The notes: generated by a model not told the origin, from the letters alone. A DNA stretch of 64,000 bases from an uncultured Clostridia bacterium (GCA_944389125.1 CALXLF010000002.1:164588-228587); one strand, 5' to 3'. Shown: positions 42,177 through 51,599, counted from the stretch's first letter. Numbers and translations are program-made.

Positions 42177-42258
42177 TATAAAAATACAAAAATCTCTGCT
42201 TAAGTTTTTTAGTAGAGATTTTTCTTGCATTATTAAAAGTTAATAATCTTGACAAGTG

Positions 42259-42276
42259 TGTTATAATATTATGACA
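42259..42276 (+). promoter_or_regulatory. 18-bp AT-rich inverted repeat (TGTTATAAT|ATTATGACA) overlapping the promoter of the COG0523 gene; candidate Fur-family (Zur-like) operator
   Basis: 8 of 9 positions are palindromic. It sits immediately 3' of a TTGACA hexamer and 38 nt upstream of the start codon. Confidence 0.35.
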
Positions 42277-42313
42277 TGAAAAAGAAAAATATAAGAAAGG
42301 GGTTAAAAATAAT

Positions 42314-43519
42314 ATGCAAAATAAAATAATACCAGTAACACTACTTACAGGATATTTAGGAGCTGGAAAAACTACATTATTAAATCATGTTTTAAATAAT
42401 CAAAAAGGATATAAAGTTGCAGTTATTGTAAATGATATAGGAGAAGTAAATATAGATGCAGATTTAATTGGGAAGGGAGGAGTAGTAGCTCAAACTGATG
42501 ATAGTTTGGTTCCACTTCAAAATGGATGTATATGTTGTACATTAAAAGTAGATTTAATGCAACAAATAGTTGAACTTGCTCAAACAGGAAAATTCGATTA
42601 TATATTAATTGAAGCAAGTGGAATTTGTGAACCAATACCAATTGCACAAACTATTTCTGCAATTGCTGAAGATGCTAAATCATATGGATTACCTCAAATT
42701 TGTAGATTAGATAATATTGTTTCAGTAGTAGATAGCTTAAGATTAGCTACTGAATTTGGATGTGGTTCATATTTAGAAAAAGAGACAGATGAAGAGGATA
42801 TAGAGAATTTAATTATTCAACAAATTGAATTTTGTAATGTGATTGTTTTAAATAAAGTCGATGAAATATCAAAAGAAGAATTAGAGCAAGTTAAAGCTGT
42901 TATAAGAAAATTACAGCCAAAAGCAGAAATTATAGAGACTAACTATGGAAAAGTTGATGTTTCTAAAATATTAGATACAAGATCATTTAATTTGGATGAA
43001 GTTGCTTCTTCTGCAGGTTGGATTCAAGAAATGGAAGCTGATGAAAAATTTGAAGAAGAACATGATCATGAAGATGAGGACGAACATGGTGAGCATGACG
43101 AGAAAGGAGAACATCATCATCACCATCATAACCATGAACATGGAGAAACTGAGGAATATGGAATAAGCTCTTTTGTTTACTATAGAAGAGCACCATTTGA
43201 TAGAGGTAGATTTGAAGACTTTGCAAATAATTTTCCAAAATCAGTAATAAGATGTAAAGGATTAATTTGGTTTTCAAATGAACCAAGTATTGGATATGTT
43301 TTTGAACAAGCAGGAAAACAAGTTCAAGCATTTGAATCTGGAGAATGGATTGCTTCAGCTCCTAAATATGAACAAGCTCAGTTATTAAAGGAAAATCCAG
43401 ATATAGCTGAAGATTGGGATCCTAAATATGGAGATAGAATGGAGAAGCTTGTATTTATTGGAAAGGATATGGATAAAAAAGATATCTTTGAAAAACTTGA
43501 TAAATGTTTAAATAAATAA
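42314..43519 (+). CDS. COG0523-family (CobW/YciC/ZigA-like) metallochaperone GTPase with a His-rich insert
   Basis: LLTGYLGAGKTTLLNHVL Walker A, a CICC/CxCC metal motif (NGCICCTLKVD) and the His-rich stretch EHDHEDEDEHGEHDEKGEHHHHHHNHEHGE. Confidence 0.9.
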   Translation: MQNKIIPVTLLTGYLGAGKTTLLNHVLNNQKGYKVAVIVNDIGEVNIDADLIGKGGVVAQTDDSLVPLQNGCICCTLKVDLMQQIVELAQTGKFDYILIEASGICEPIPIAQTISAIAEDAKSYGLPQICRLDNIVSVVDSLRLATEFGCGSYLEKETDEEDIENLIIQQIEFCNVIVLNKVDEISKEELEQVKAVIRKLQPKAEIIETNYGKVDVSKILDTRSFNLDEVASSAGWIQEMEADEKFEEEHDHEDEDEHGEHDEKGEHHHHHHNHEHGETEEYGISSFVYYRRAPFDRGRFEDFANNFPKSVIRCKGLIWFSNEPSIGYVFEQAGKQVQAFESGEWIASAPKYEQAQLLKENPDIAEDWDPKYGDRMEKLVFIGKDMDKKDIFEKLDKCLNK

Positions 43520-43527
43520 TTAAAATT

Positions 43528-43556
43528 AAACTCTGTTTTTTAGCAGAGTTTTTTTC
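43528..43556 (+). terminator. rho-independent terminator
   Basis: AACTCTG ... CAGAGTT hairpin followed by a T7 run. Confidence 0.65.
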
Positions 43557-43690
43557 ATAATTTTTATTAAACAAATATAAATCTTAAAAGTACATAAAAA
43601 TCACTGAATTCTTAAGTTTACATAGAACAAATTTACTGGACACATAATTTTAATACATTTTTTAAAAAATAATTTAGTCAAAAAGGTATT

Positions 43691-43772
43691 TGTGAATAAA
43701 TCATGTCGAAAAAAGTAGATAATAATAGTTATTCACAGAGTTATCCACTTTATCCACAGGCAGTTATCCACC
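43691..43772. promoter_or_regulatory. cluster of five DnaA-box-like 9-mers
   Basis: The boxes are TGTGAATAA (43691-43699; reverse complement TTATTCACA), TTATTCACA (43729-43737), TTATCCACT (43741-43749), TTATCCACA (43750-43758) and TTATCCACC (43764-43772). All match the TTATNCACA consensus with at most 1 mismatch, and they lie within a 420-bp AT-rich intergenic region. Confidence 0.6.
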
Positions 43773-43874
43773 AAAAATATGTACGAAAAGAATAAAAATT
43801 GTTAACATAAAAATTATATAAATTTTTAATTGAAAATAATGTAAAAAAATTCTAACTTAAATTAGCTAAAAGCT

Positions 43875-43902
43875 TGACAAATTAGATAAAAGATTATATA
43901 CT
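43875..43902 (+). promoter_or_regulatory. rpmF sigma-A promoter
   Basis: TTGACA, 16 nt, then TATACT. Confidence 0.5.
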
Positions 43903-43978
43903 ATTAAAGCAATTGTGTTTTAGAAAAAAAGTTTAAACATATACATATCGCTTAAGTTACAAGAAGGAGGGATTAAAA

Positions 43979-44164
43979 GTGGCACAACCAAAAAGAAGAT
44001 GGTCAAAAGCTAGAACAGGTTCAAAAAGATCAACATGGAAATTAGAACAAAAAACTTTAGCTACATGTCCACATTGTCATGAACCAGTATTACCACATAC
44101 AGTATGTTCAAATTGTGGTTATTATGATGGTAAAGAAGTAATTTCAGTAAAAAAAGAAGACTAG
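43979..44164 (+). CDS. rpmF: 50S ribosomal protein L32
   Basis: GTG start after AAGGAGGG. MAQPKRRWSKARTGSKRSTWKL ... CPHCHE ... CSNCGYYDGKEV matches the L32 pattern, including the Zn-ribbon Cys pairs. Confidence 0.85.
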   Translation: MAQPKRRWSKARTGSKRSTWKLEQKTLATCPHCHEPVLPHTVCSNCGYYDGKEVISVKKED

Positions 44165-44176
44165 TATAAACTAAAT

Positions 44177-44203
44177 GCTCGCAAGTATGCGAGTTTTTTT
44201 AGT
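44177..44203 (+). terminator. rho-independent terminator
   Basis: CTCGCA-AGTA-TGCGAG followed by a T7 run. Confidence 0.75.
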
Positions 44204-44431
44204 TTTGTATAAATTTTGATTTTAAAAATAAAAAATAGGAGCTTTTTAACAGCAGTTGAAAAATTAAAGTTTAGTTATTAGAAATTATTAGCTTGAAAAT
44301 AAATATTTTAATTTAATTGTAATAAGTGGCTTTTTGAAGTAAGCTGACTATTATGTTATAATAATGATGTAGAGTTTGGAAAGACTCGAAGTAGAACTTT
44401 TTCATAAAACAATTTAAAGGAGGTATCATTT

Positions 44432-45322
44432 ATGAAAGAAAAAGTTTTATATATTGAATTACCCGAAGGTGCTAATTTTCGGGAGTTAAGACAAATAGGT
44501 GATGGTGTGCTTGGCATTGTATATGAAACAGGTCAGGTAGCTAATGAAGCTGAGAAAACAAAAAAGGCTAAGAAACGTAAAAGAACTGTAGAAATTCCTA
44601 AACCAGAACCGCTTTTTGGTGGAAGTGAAGTATATCAAAAAAATGGGTCACCATACTGGTATTGCCGAATTAAAGGTGGTAGAGATGAATTTATGCATCT
44701 TTATACACAGGATTTGACAGTAGAGGATGTTTTCTATGACTTTACGGGAAAACGAAGGTGCTATTTTTCATATCTTTATGAAAATCTTCGGGATAATTTT
44801 TTGGAAGCATTAGAAAATAAACCCAAAAGCGGGTATCGGTGGATACCTGTTTGTGATCCATCATTAGATGAGGAAGGGGAATTGCAGTTTGTTAAAGATA
44901 AGAAGATCTTAACGTATATTAGCAATATTGAGTGGGAAGAAAAAATGAAGGTATATTCCCCGGAAAATGGAAGCAGAATTAGTTCCAAAGATACTTTTTT
45001 TCTGCTGTTGTTAAGGTGGTTAAAAGACGGTGTTGCTACTCAAGAAGAGTTAGCTTACACCAGTAATGAGTCGCCAGTTTACTGGAATGATGAAAAGCTG
45101 AAAAATTTTGGAGGACTCTACAAATTTGTGGGATCAACTGGAAAGCTTGTAAGGGATTCGAATAAAGCTACAGACGGATTTATTATTGGCTGGAAGTATG
45201 ATAGGGATAATTATAATCCTAATAAATTTGCTAAAAATATATCGGAGGTTGATCGTATTACTTTTGACGGTGGAAATTTCTCCGGTAAGTATATAGTTGG
45301 TTTCCTTGAGCTTGAAAAGTAA
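44432..45322 (+). CDS. hypothetical protein (296 aa) with somewhat higher GC
   Basis: AAGGAGG RBS. The product has no recognisable motif, and GC looks distinctly above that of the neighbours. Confidence 0.5.
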   Translation: MKEKVLYIELPEGANFRELRQIGDGVLGIVYETGQVANEAEKTKKAKKRKRTVEIPKPEPLFGGSEVYQKNGSPYWYCRIKGGRDEFMHLYTQDLTVEDVFYDFTGKRRCYFSYLYENLRDNFLEALENKPKSGYRWIPVCDPSLDEEGELQFVKDKKILTYISNIEWEEKMKVYSPENGSRISSKDTFFLLLLRWLKDGVATQEELAYTSNESPVYWNDEKLKNFGGLYKFVGSTGKLVRDSNKATDGFIIGWKYDRDNYNPNKFAKNISEVDRITFDGGNFSGKYIVGFLELEK

Positions 45323-45369
45323 AGCAAACAACTGAATCCTAAGAGAAAAGTAATTTAAAATTTGTCTTA

Positions 45370-45416
45370 AAAAAATCGCGAATTGGAAAATGTTTTTCTA
45401 ATTCGCGATTTTTTTG
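45370..45416. terminator. bidirectional terminator between convergent genes
   Basis: ATCGCGAATT ... AATTCGCGAT perfect 10-bp stem flanked by an A-run and a T-run. Confidence 0.75.
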
Positions 45417-45441
45417 AGAGCTACTTTTTAATTAATCTTTT

Positions 45442-46089
45442 TTATAGCTCCCTTTTTTTGGTTCTCTTTTTTAACTTTCTATCAACATATACTATTAGCC
45501 ATCCCATGCCTAAAAAAACAAGCATAGTAAGACCGCAAGCAATTAGTGCATAAAATCCAAGTGATTCAAAATCCATGAAAATATAAGGGTATTTTGAAAC
45601 CTGGCCGAAGGCGGTAAATCTTCCACCAAAATTTCCATAAATTATAACAAATACTAAATATAAAAAAGGCGATATAGCAGTGAATTTTATATATTCAAAG
45701 CTGAATTTACCTTTTTTGTCAAAAAATAAATAATCAAGTATTGCTAAAATTGGAGTGATAATGTGCACAAATGTATCCCGAATATTCATACCAGTATATC
45801 CTGTTTGAAAATTAACATAAGGTCTTACTACAAATTCAAATGCGAACATAGTAATAGATATGTTTACAAGCAGAATCAATTTTACTATATAGTATTTTCT
45901 TGTTTTTTTGTAATCTGTGAGTTCAGCAAAAAATTCTATTGTAAAAAATTCTAATATAGCAATATTGCTTAAGATGGTAAAATAAACAATCATCCGAGAA
46001 AATCCGGATTTATTAAAGTTTAAAAAGAGTCCATATACCGTTGCCACAATAACTATGGCTTTGTAAATTAATGATAGATATTTTTTCAT
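45442..46089 (-). CDS. hypothetical polytopic membrane protein (about 215 aa)
   Basis: The start was chosen at the ATG preceded by a GGAGGTGG RBS (MKKYLSLIYK...); the ORF is open further upstream to 46191. There are about 6 TM helices. Confidence 0.5.
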   Translation of the reverse strand: MKKYLSLIYKAIVIVATVYGLFLNFNKSGFSRMIVYFTILSNIAILEFFTIEFFAELTDYKKTRKYYIVKLILLVNISITMFAFEFVVRPYVNFQTGYTGMNIRDTFVHIITPILAILDYLFFDKKGKFSFEYIKFTAISPFLYLVFVIIYGNFGGRFTAFGQVSKYPYIFMDFESLGFYALIACGLTMLVFLGMGWLIVYVDRKLKKRTKKREL

Positions 46090-46312
46090 AAAAGCCACCT
46101 CCAAATGCATGCTATCATCAATTACCACAAAATAATCCTTTATGAAACTACTTATAAGGACTAATGTGGAAAATAATTTAGTGTCAACCAACGGTAACCT
46201 TATTATATCATGTGAATATTATAATAACAAGGAAAAGTTAAGTAAAAATACTTGATAAATTAGCATAAATAATATAAAATAATGGCGTAATTTAAAGAAA
46301 GGATAAAAAATT

Positions 46313-47311
46313 ATGGAGGAAAATTCAGATATTATAACTTTGATAATGGCAGCAGGAAAAGGAACCAGAATGAAATCAAATAAATCAAAATTAGTTCAAA
46401 AAATTTATGATAAAGAATTAGTACAAAGAGTTGTTGATTTAGCGGAAAATATTGGTTCAAGTGAAATAATTGCAGTAGTTGGTTTCCTAAAAGAACAAAT
46501 TATTGAAGTTCTTGGAGATAGAGTAAAATATGCATATCAAAATGAGCTTTTAGGAACTGGTCATGCTGTGATGCAAGCAGAAGAATATTTAAAAGGTAAA
46601 AAAGGAAAAGTTGTAATTTTATATGGTGATGTTCCTATTATTAGACCTTCAACACTTAAAAATCTAATTGCAAAAAGTATTTCTCAAAAAGAATATGCAA
46701 CTGTTTTGACTGCAATTTATGATAATCCAACAGGATATGGTAGAATTGTACGTGATGAAGGTGGAAGTATAAAAGAAATAGTTGAAGAAAAAGATGCAGA
46801 CCCATTACAAAAAGAGATAAAAGAGATTAATTCTGGAATATATTGTTTTGATATTGAAGAATTGCTTTTAGCTATTAAAAAGTTAAAACCAAATAATGCT
46901 CAAGGAGAGTATTATTTAACTGATGTTATAAAAATAATGAATGAAAAAGGCTTAAAAACAGGAGCTGTTATTGTTGAAGATGATACTGAAATTTTAGGAG
47001 TTAATGATAGAGTTCAACTTGAACTTTTAACAAGAGTTTTAAGAAAAAGAATTAATAATAGCCATATGAAAAATGGAGTTACTATAGAAGATTCAGAAAC
47101 AGCTTATATTTATGATGATGTCATTATTGGAATGGATACTGTAATTTCTCCAAATGTTACAATAAAGTCAAATTGTGTGATTGGTTCAAATTGTTATATA
47201 GGCTCAAATGCTTATATAGGAGAAGGTGTTAAAATTTTAGATAATGTACAAATTGGAAATGGTGTTAAAATAAAATCAGGTTCTGTAATAACAAAAGATA
47301 TAATTGAATAA
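46313..47311 (+). CDS. GlmU-like sugar-1-phosphate nucleotidyltransferase with a truncated left-handed beta-helix (332 aa; lacks the C-terminal acetyltransferase region)
   Basis: LIMAAGKGTRMKS nucleotidyltransferase motif and GYGRIV ... YYLTDVI. Only about 80 aa of hexapeptide repeats precede the stop, and no continuation is seen in other frames. Confidence 0.65.
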   Translation: MEENSDIITLIMAAGKGTRMKSNKSKLVQKIYDKELVQRVVDLAENIGSSEIIAVVGFLKEQIIEVLGDRVKYAYQNELLGTGHAVMQAEEYLKGKKGKVVILYGDVPIIRPSTLKNLIAKSISQKEYATVLTAIYDNPTGYGRIVRDEGGSIKEIVEEKDADPLQKEIKEINSGIYCFDIEELLLAIKKLKPNNAQGEYYLTDVIKIMNEKGLKTGAVIVEDDTEILGVNDRVQLELLTRVLRKRINNSHMKNGVTIEDSETAYIYDDVIIGMDTVISPNVTIKSNCVIGSNCYIGSNAYIGEGVKILDNVQIGNGVKIKSGSVITKDIIE

Positions 47312-47401
47312 TAAATCTTAATTTTTTAAGAGAAAGTATTGTTATTTAATAAAATTAAATATATAATATGAAAAAATAAAACACTTAAGGAGGATATAAA
47401 A

Positions 47402-49186
47402 GTGGCAAATAGTTTAATTGAAGATGTTATGAATGAACAACCAATTAATGATGGTGGAAAAAAATCAAACCAACCTAATAATGGTAAAGGTAAAGGAAAA
47501 GGTTCTAAAAAAGCTATAATTATTTTAATAGTTTTATTATTAATAATTATTATTGCAGCTATAATATGCATAATGGTTTTATCTAATAAGAAAACAGAAG
47601 TAAATGCAAAACAAGCATTTTTTAATTCTATAACTAAAAACAATTTAGAACAAGTAAGTAATTTAGATTTATATGGCGAATTTATATCAGATATGCTATC
47701 TCAAAGTAGTAGTACACAAACAGATATTAATTTGTCTTATTCTACTGAAGATGCATCTATAAACAATATAGAATTATCTGCTGATTCTATGTATGATGCA
47801 GAAAATTTAAAAGCATATTCAGATATGACTTTAAGTTATTCAGATAATGAGTTATTTAATTTAGAATTATTAGCATCAAATGAGGCTGTTGCATTAAAAT
47901 CAGATGAGATAGTAAATAATTTTGTTGGAGCAAGTTATGAATATCTTATGCAATCTGGTTTAGTATCAGCTTATGCAAATGTTTCAACAGGAGACGGAAA
48001 TGAAAGTTCTGTTAATATTAATACAGATGATACATTAGATACATATACAAATGATATTGAAACAGAAGCTTCTGATATAGAGAATTTTACAATATCAGAT
48101 GAGTCAATTGAAATTTATAAAGATATTTTAGATAAAAATTTAGATGATTCACAATTTACTTCAAATGAAGTAACATTAAATATGGAATCAGGAACTGTAG
48201 ATTGTACAGAATATACTTTAACAATGTCAGAAGAACAATTTATAGATATATGTAAACAACTTTTAGAAGGATTTGAAACAGATACAGATACTTTAGATAT
48301 AATTACTCCAATGTTATCAGCATTAGGATATTCAGAAACTGATTTAATTAATGTAGTAGATAATATGATATCTCAATTAGAAAATGCTGAAACAGATGGA
48401 AATTCAAATATTGTAATAAAAGTTTATGATAATAATGGTCAAACTGTAAAATTAAGTATACAAGTTTCAGGAATTACAATGGAAATAGAATATGTATATG
48501 GAGATAGTGAAAGTAGCATAAAAATTACAGCAGTAGAAGATGAATCTGGTGAAGGAGTATCTTATAAAATTACTAATAAAAAATCTGATTTAACACAAAA
48601 TCTTGATTTTGAAATTTCAGTAATAGAAGATAATTCAGTTAGTCAAACTGTTACTTTAGAAACAGAAGTTATAAAATCAGGTTCAGATTATACATTTAAT
48701 ATGAATATTGATTCTAAAGCTAATGATACAAGTTTATCTATAGAATCTACAAGTGAAATTCAATTTACAGATGTTGATATTGAAGATTTAACTTCTGAAA
48801 ATTGTGTATTCTTAGATGATTTAACAGAAGAACAACAAACAGAATTATTAAACTCAATTTCTGAAAGAGCACAAGTAGTTTTTAGTGAAAAAATGTCAGA
48901 TTTATCTTTTATAGATACTAATACAAATACAACAATTGTAGATCAAGATGATAATACAGAAGATGATACAGATGCAAAAGAAACAGCAAAACAAGATTTA
49001 ATTACAGCAATTCAAAATGATATGACAGAAAGTCTAAATAATGGAGAAGAATATACACTTCAAGATTTAGAAGGACTTCAAATTGATGGTCATACTGTTG
49101 AAGTTGAAGTAAGTGATGATTTAGCTGTAGTTACAGTTGATGGTTACACATTTAATATAGACTCTGAATTTAATTTATCAGAATAA
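47402..49186 (+). CDS. membrane-anchored acidic Ser/Thr/Asp/Glu-rich protein (594 aa)
   Basis: GTG start after AAGGAGG. A Gly/Lys-rich cytoplasmic N-terminus, one TM helix (AIIILIVLLLIIIIAAIICIMVL), then a long acidic extracellular region. Confidence 0.5.
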   Translation: MANSLIEDVMNEQPINDGGKKSNQPNNGKGKGKGSKKAIIILIVLLLIIIIAAIICIMVLSNKKTEVNAKQAFFNSITKNNLEQVSNLDLYGEFISDMLSQSSSTQTDINLSYSTEDASINNIELSADSMYDAENLKAYSDMTLSYSDNELFNLELLASNEAVALKSDEIVNNFVGASYEYLMQSGLVSAYANVSTGDGNESSVNINTDDTLDTYTNDIETEASDIENFTISDESIEIYKDILDKNLDDSQFTSNEVTLNMESGTVDCTEYTLTMSEEQFIDICKQLLEGFETDTDTLDIITPMLSALGYSETDLINVVDNMISQLENAETDGNSNIVIKVYDNNGQTVKLSIQVSGITMEIEYVYGDSESSIKITAVEDESGEGVSYKITNKKSDLTQNLDFEISVIEDNSVSQTVTLETEVIKSGSDYTFNMNIDSKANDTSLSIESTSEIQFTDVDIEDLTSENCVFLDDLTEEQQTELLNSISERAQVVFSEKMSDLSFIDTNTNTTIVDQDDNTEDDTDAKETAKQDLITAIQNDMTESLNNGEEYTLQDLEGLQIDGHTVEVEVSDDLAVVTVDGYTFNIDSEFNLSE

Positions 49187-49202
49187 TAAAGAGGTGATGT
49201 AA

Positions 49203-50175
49203 ATGGGTGAAACAAATGAAGAAAAATTAAAAAATAAATTTAAAATGAATATGATTATAATCTGTGTTTTAGTTGTTCTTCTTTTGATATCAATTATAGT
49301 TTTAATTGTAAATGTTTCTTCTGAAGGAGTGACAAAAGAAAATAATCTTTCAAATTTAGGAATGGTTTGCAAACGGAGATGATTATATATTTTACTATAA
49401 ATATGGTAAAGGTATATTTAAAATAAAAGATAAAGAAGAATATCAAATATCTGATGATACAGCTTATAGTTTAGCTTATAAAGATGGATATGTTTATTAT
49501 ACAACTCCAAATTCAATTGGTGGAATTGATATTAAAAAAATATCACATAATGGAGATGAGGTAACTACTTTAAAAAGTGTTTCAAGTTCTTCAACAAAGA
49601 TGTATTTAGTGGGTGATTATTTATATTATTTAACAATTGACCCTAATTCAATTTCTAAAATTGATTTAAATGGAGAAAATGAAATATCTCTTATTTCAAG
49701 AGAAGTATCAGATTTTGATATAGTAGATGATACTATTTATTTTACAGATGTACAAGGATATTTATGTAAGATAGATTTAAATGGAGAAAATTATTCACAA
49801 TTAACTGAAGAGATAATAGCTACTAAGTTCCAAATGTATAATGGAGATGTATATTATTATAAAGAAGATAATGGACTTATGAAATTAGATTTAGATAAAC
49901 TTACTTCTGAATTAGTTTCTGATAGAATTACATCAAATTTATATAATGTTACAAATAAAGGAATTTTCTTCTTAGATACAGAATCTATGAAAATATGTAA
50001 AATTTCTTTAAAAGGAACAAGTTTTAAAGAATTAATAACTATAAATACTTCTAATACAAAAATTAATGTTATTGGAAATCAATTATATTATTTAGATTTA
50101 GATAGTAATGATGATACAACAAAAACATATAGAATCAAAATTAATGGAAAAGAGGCAACTGCAATAGATTATTAG
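49203..50175 (+). pseudogene. signal-anchored beta-propeller-like repeat protein (DUF5050/YWTD-like repeats), frameshifted near 49360-49365
   Basis: A 59-aa N-terminal ORF (MGETNEEKLKNKFKMNMIIICVLVVLLLISIIV...NLSNLGM) stops at 49380. The +1 frame continues WFANGDDYIFYY...YVYYTTPNS... into the annotated 191-aa ORF. That ORF carries repeated (I/V)YY....(D/N)...L.K(I/L)DLNGEN units. Confidence 0.5.
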
Positions 50176-50190
50176 AGAGGTTTTAAATTT

Positions 50191-50343
50191 ATGAATCTAG
50201 GAACAATTGTATATGATGGAAAAATCTATAATTTGGATTATATGGAAGCTACAGAAATAGAAGAATTATTGAAAAAAGTTGAAGAAAAGAAAGAATCGGA
50301 GTTTGAACAGGGAAAAAAGCTTACTAAAAGACTTAGAAAATAG
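50191..50343 (+). CDS. small hypothetical protein (50 aa)
   Basis: ATG after GAGAGG; K/E-rich. Weak support. Confidence 0.25.
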   Translation: MNLGTIVYDGKIYNLDYMEATEIEELLKKVEEKKESEFEQGKKLTKRLRK

Positions 50344-50355
50344 GAGGTAGCAAGT

Positions 50356-51237
50356 ATGAACAGTAATACAAATGAAGAATATGCTCAATCAGCGTTAAAG
50401 AGATTTTTTGATACAGCTACTGAAAATATTACGATGAGTGCAACTCTTAATAGAGCTTTAGCAGATAAGATTTCAACAGAGACTATTAATACAAAAGTTA
50501 ATAATCAATTTAATTCTATTCAAATTAGTATGTATAAGATAAATCCTAAATTTAACGAAAAATCCAAACATTATGATGTAATAAAAAAAGAAATATTAGA
50601 TGTTTTAACAGATTATGAAGCAACACTTACAGAATATAGTGAATATTTTGATAATAAAATAGAAGAATTGCTTTTAAAAAGGGTTGAACTTGAGAGTCAT
50701 TTAATAGGAAAAATCTTTAAAGAAGAAAATTTAAAATCAGTTGAAAATAAAAGAGAAAAGGAAAAAGAAACAGATAAGCTTAAAAATACATTGGTTGAAA
50801 CTAATAAAAAGTTTTTTGAAATTTTTTCTAATAAGAAAAAAGAAAATAAATTAAATATACAAGATATGAGAAAACTAGAAGATAGTATAGATTTAGAAAA
50901 AGAACAGACACAAAAATTAAATAAAAGAGTAGAGAAAATTCAGGAAAAAAATAGAACAAATATGTCTGAGATTGCAGGAGTTGAAAAAGATCTTAAAAAT
51001 GTAAATAAACAAATTAAAGAATTAGAAGAAAATAAAAAAATTCTTTTAGAAGAGGCAATGGAAACAAAAGATAAATGGATTTCAAAGACTATAAAGAAAC
51101 CATTCTCTTTTTCAAGAATTACTAGATTTTTCTCATGTAAATTTAATACTCCAAAAATGGTTACAAAAACAATTATTGACCCATTAAGACTTAGAATTTC
51201 TGAGTTTAAAACAAATGAATTAGTCAATTTAAATTAG
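50356..51237 (+). CDS. hypothetical coiled-coil protein (293 aa)
   Basis: AGGAGG RBS and a K/E-rich heptad-like middle region. Confidence 0.45.
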   Translation: MNSNTNEEYAQSALKRFFDTATENITMSATLNRALADKISTETINTKVNNQFNSIQISMYKINPKFNEKSKHYDVIKKEILDVLTDYEATLTEYSEYFDNKIEELLLKRVELESHLIGKIFKEENLKSVENKREKEKETDKLKNTLVETNKKFFEIFSNKKKENKLNIQDMRKLEDSIDLEKEQTQKLNKRVEKIQEKNRTNMSEIAGVEKDLKNVNKQIKELEENKKILLEEAMETKDKWISKTIKKPFSFSRITRFFSCKFNTPKMVTKTIIDPLRLRISEFKTNELVNLN

Positions 51238-51288
51238 AAATATCAATTTATAATGTAAAAACGGCTTAAAACAAGAGGTGTTGAAAAT

Positions 51289-51561
51289 ATGAGACAAAAT
51301 AAAAATTTAAGTGAATTTACTATTAAAACTAAAGAAAAAATGGGAGATGTTCTTGGAGAAGAAGAATATGTTGAACCTATAGCTAAAAGCTTAGGAAAAA
51401 ATTGTATAGAGAGTTTCAAAAAATTCATGCCTCCTAAAGAATTAAGTAAAATAAATAAAAAGATTCAATTTGAATCTTTAGGAAATGAATTAAGGAATCC
51501 ATCAGAAAATAAACAATCTACTAATACTAGAAAAGCAAATGGGCCTGAACTTGAACATTAA
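51289..51561 (+). CDS. small hypothetical protein (90 aa)
   Basis: ORF with an AAGAGGTG RBS and no motif. Confidence 0.3.
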   Translation: MRQNKNLSEFTIKTKEKMGDVLGEEEYVEPIAKSLGKNCIESFKKFMPPKELSKINKKIQFESLGNELRNPSENKQSTNTRKANGPELEH

Positions 51562-51599
51562 AATGATTTTAGTTTAGTTAATAAAAATATTAAAAACAC

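Noticed and set aside
42423-43331. Minus-strand ORFs inside the COG0523 gene
   Set aside because: They are antisense to a well-supported CDS. The His/Asp-rich codons mirror into Leu/Val-rich nonsense.
47326-47643. 105-aa minus-strand ORF
   Set aside because: It overlaps the 5' end and RBS of the 594-aa + strand gene and has no start context of its own.
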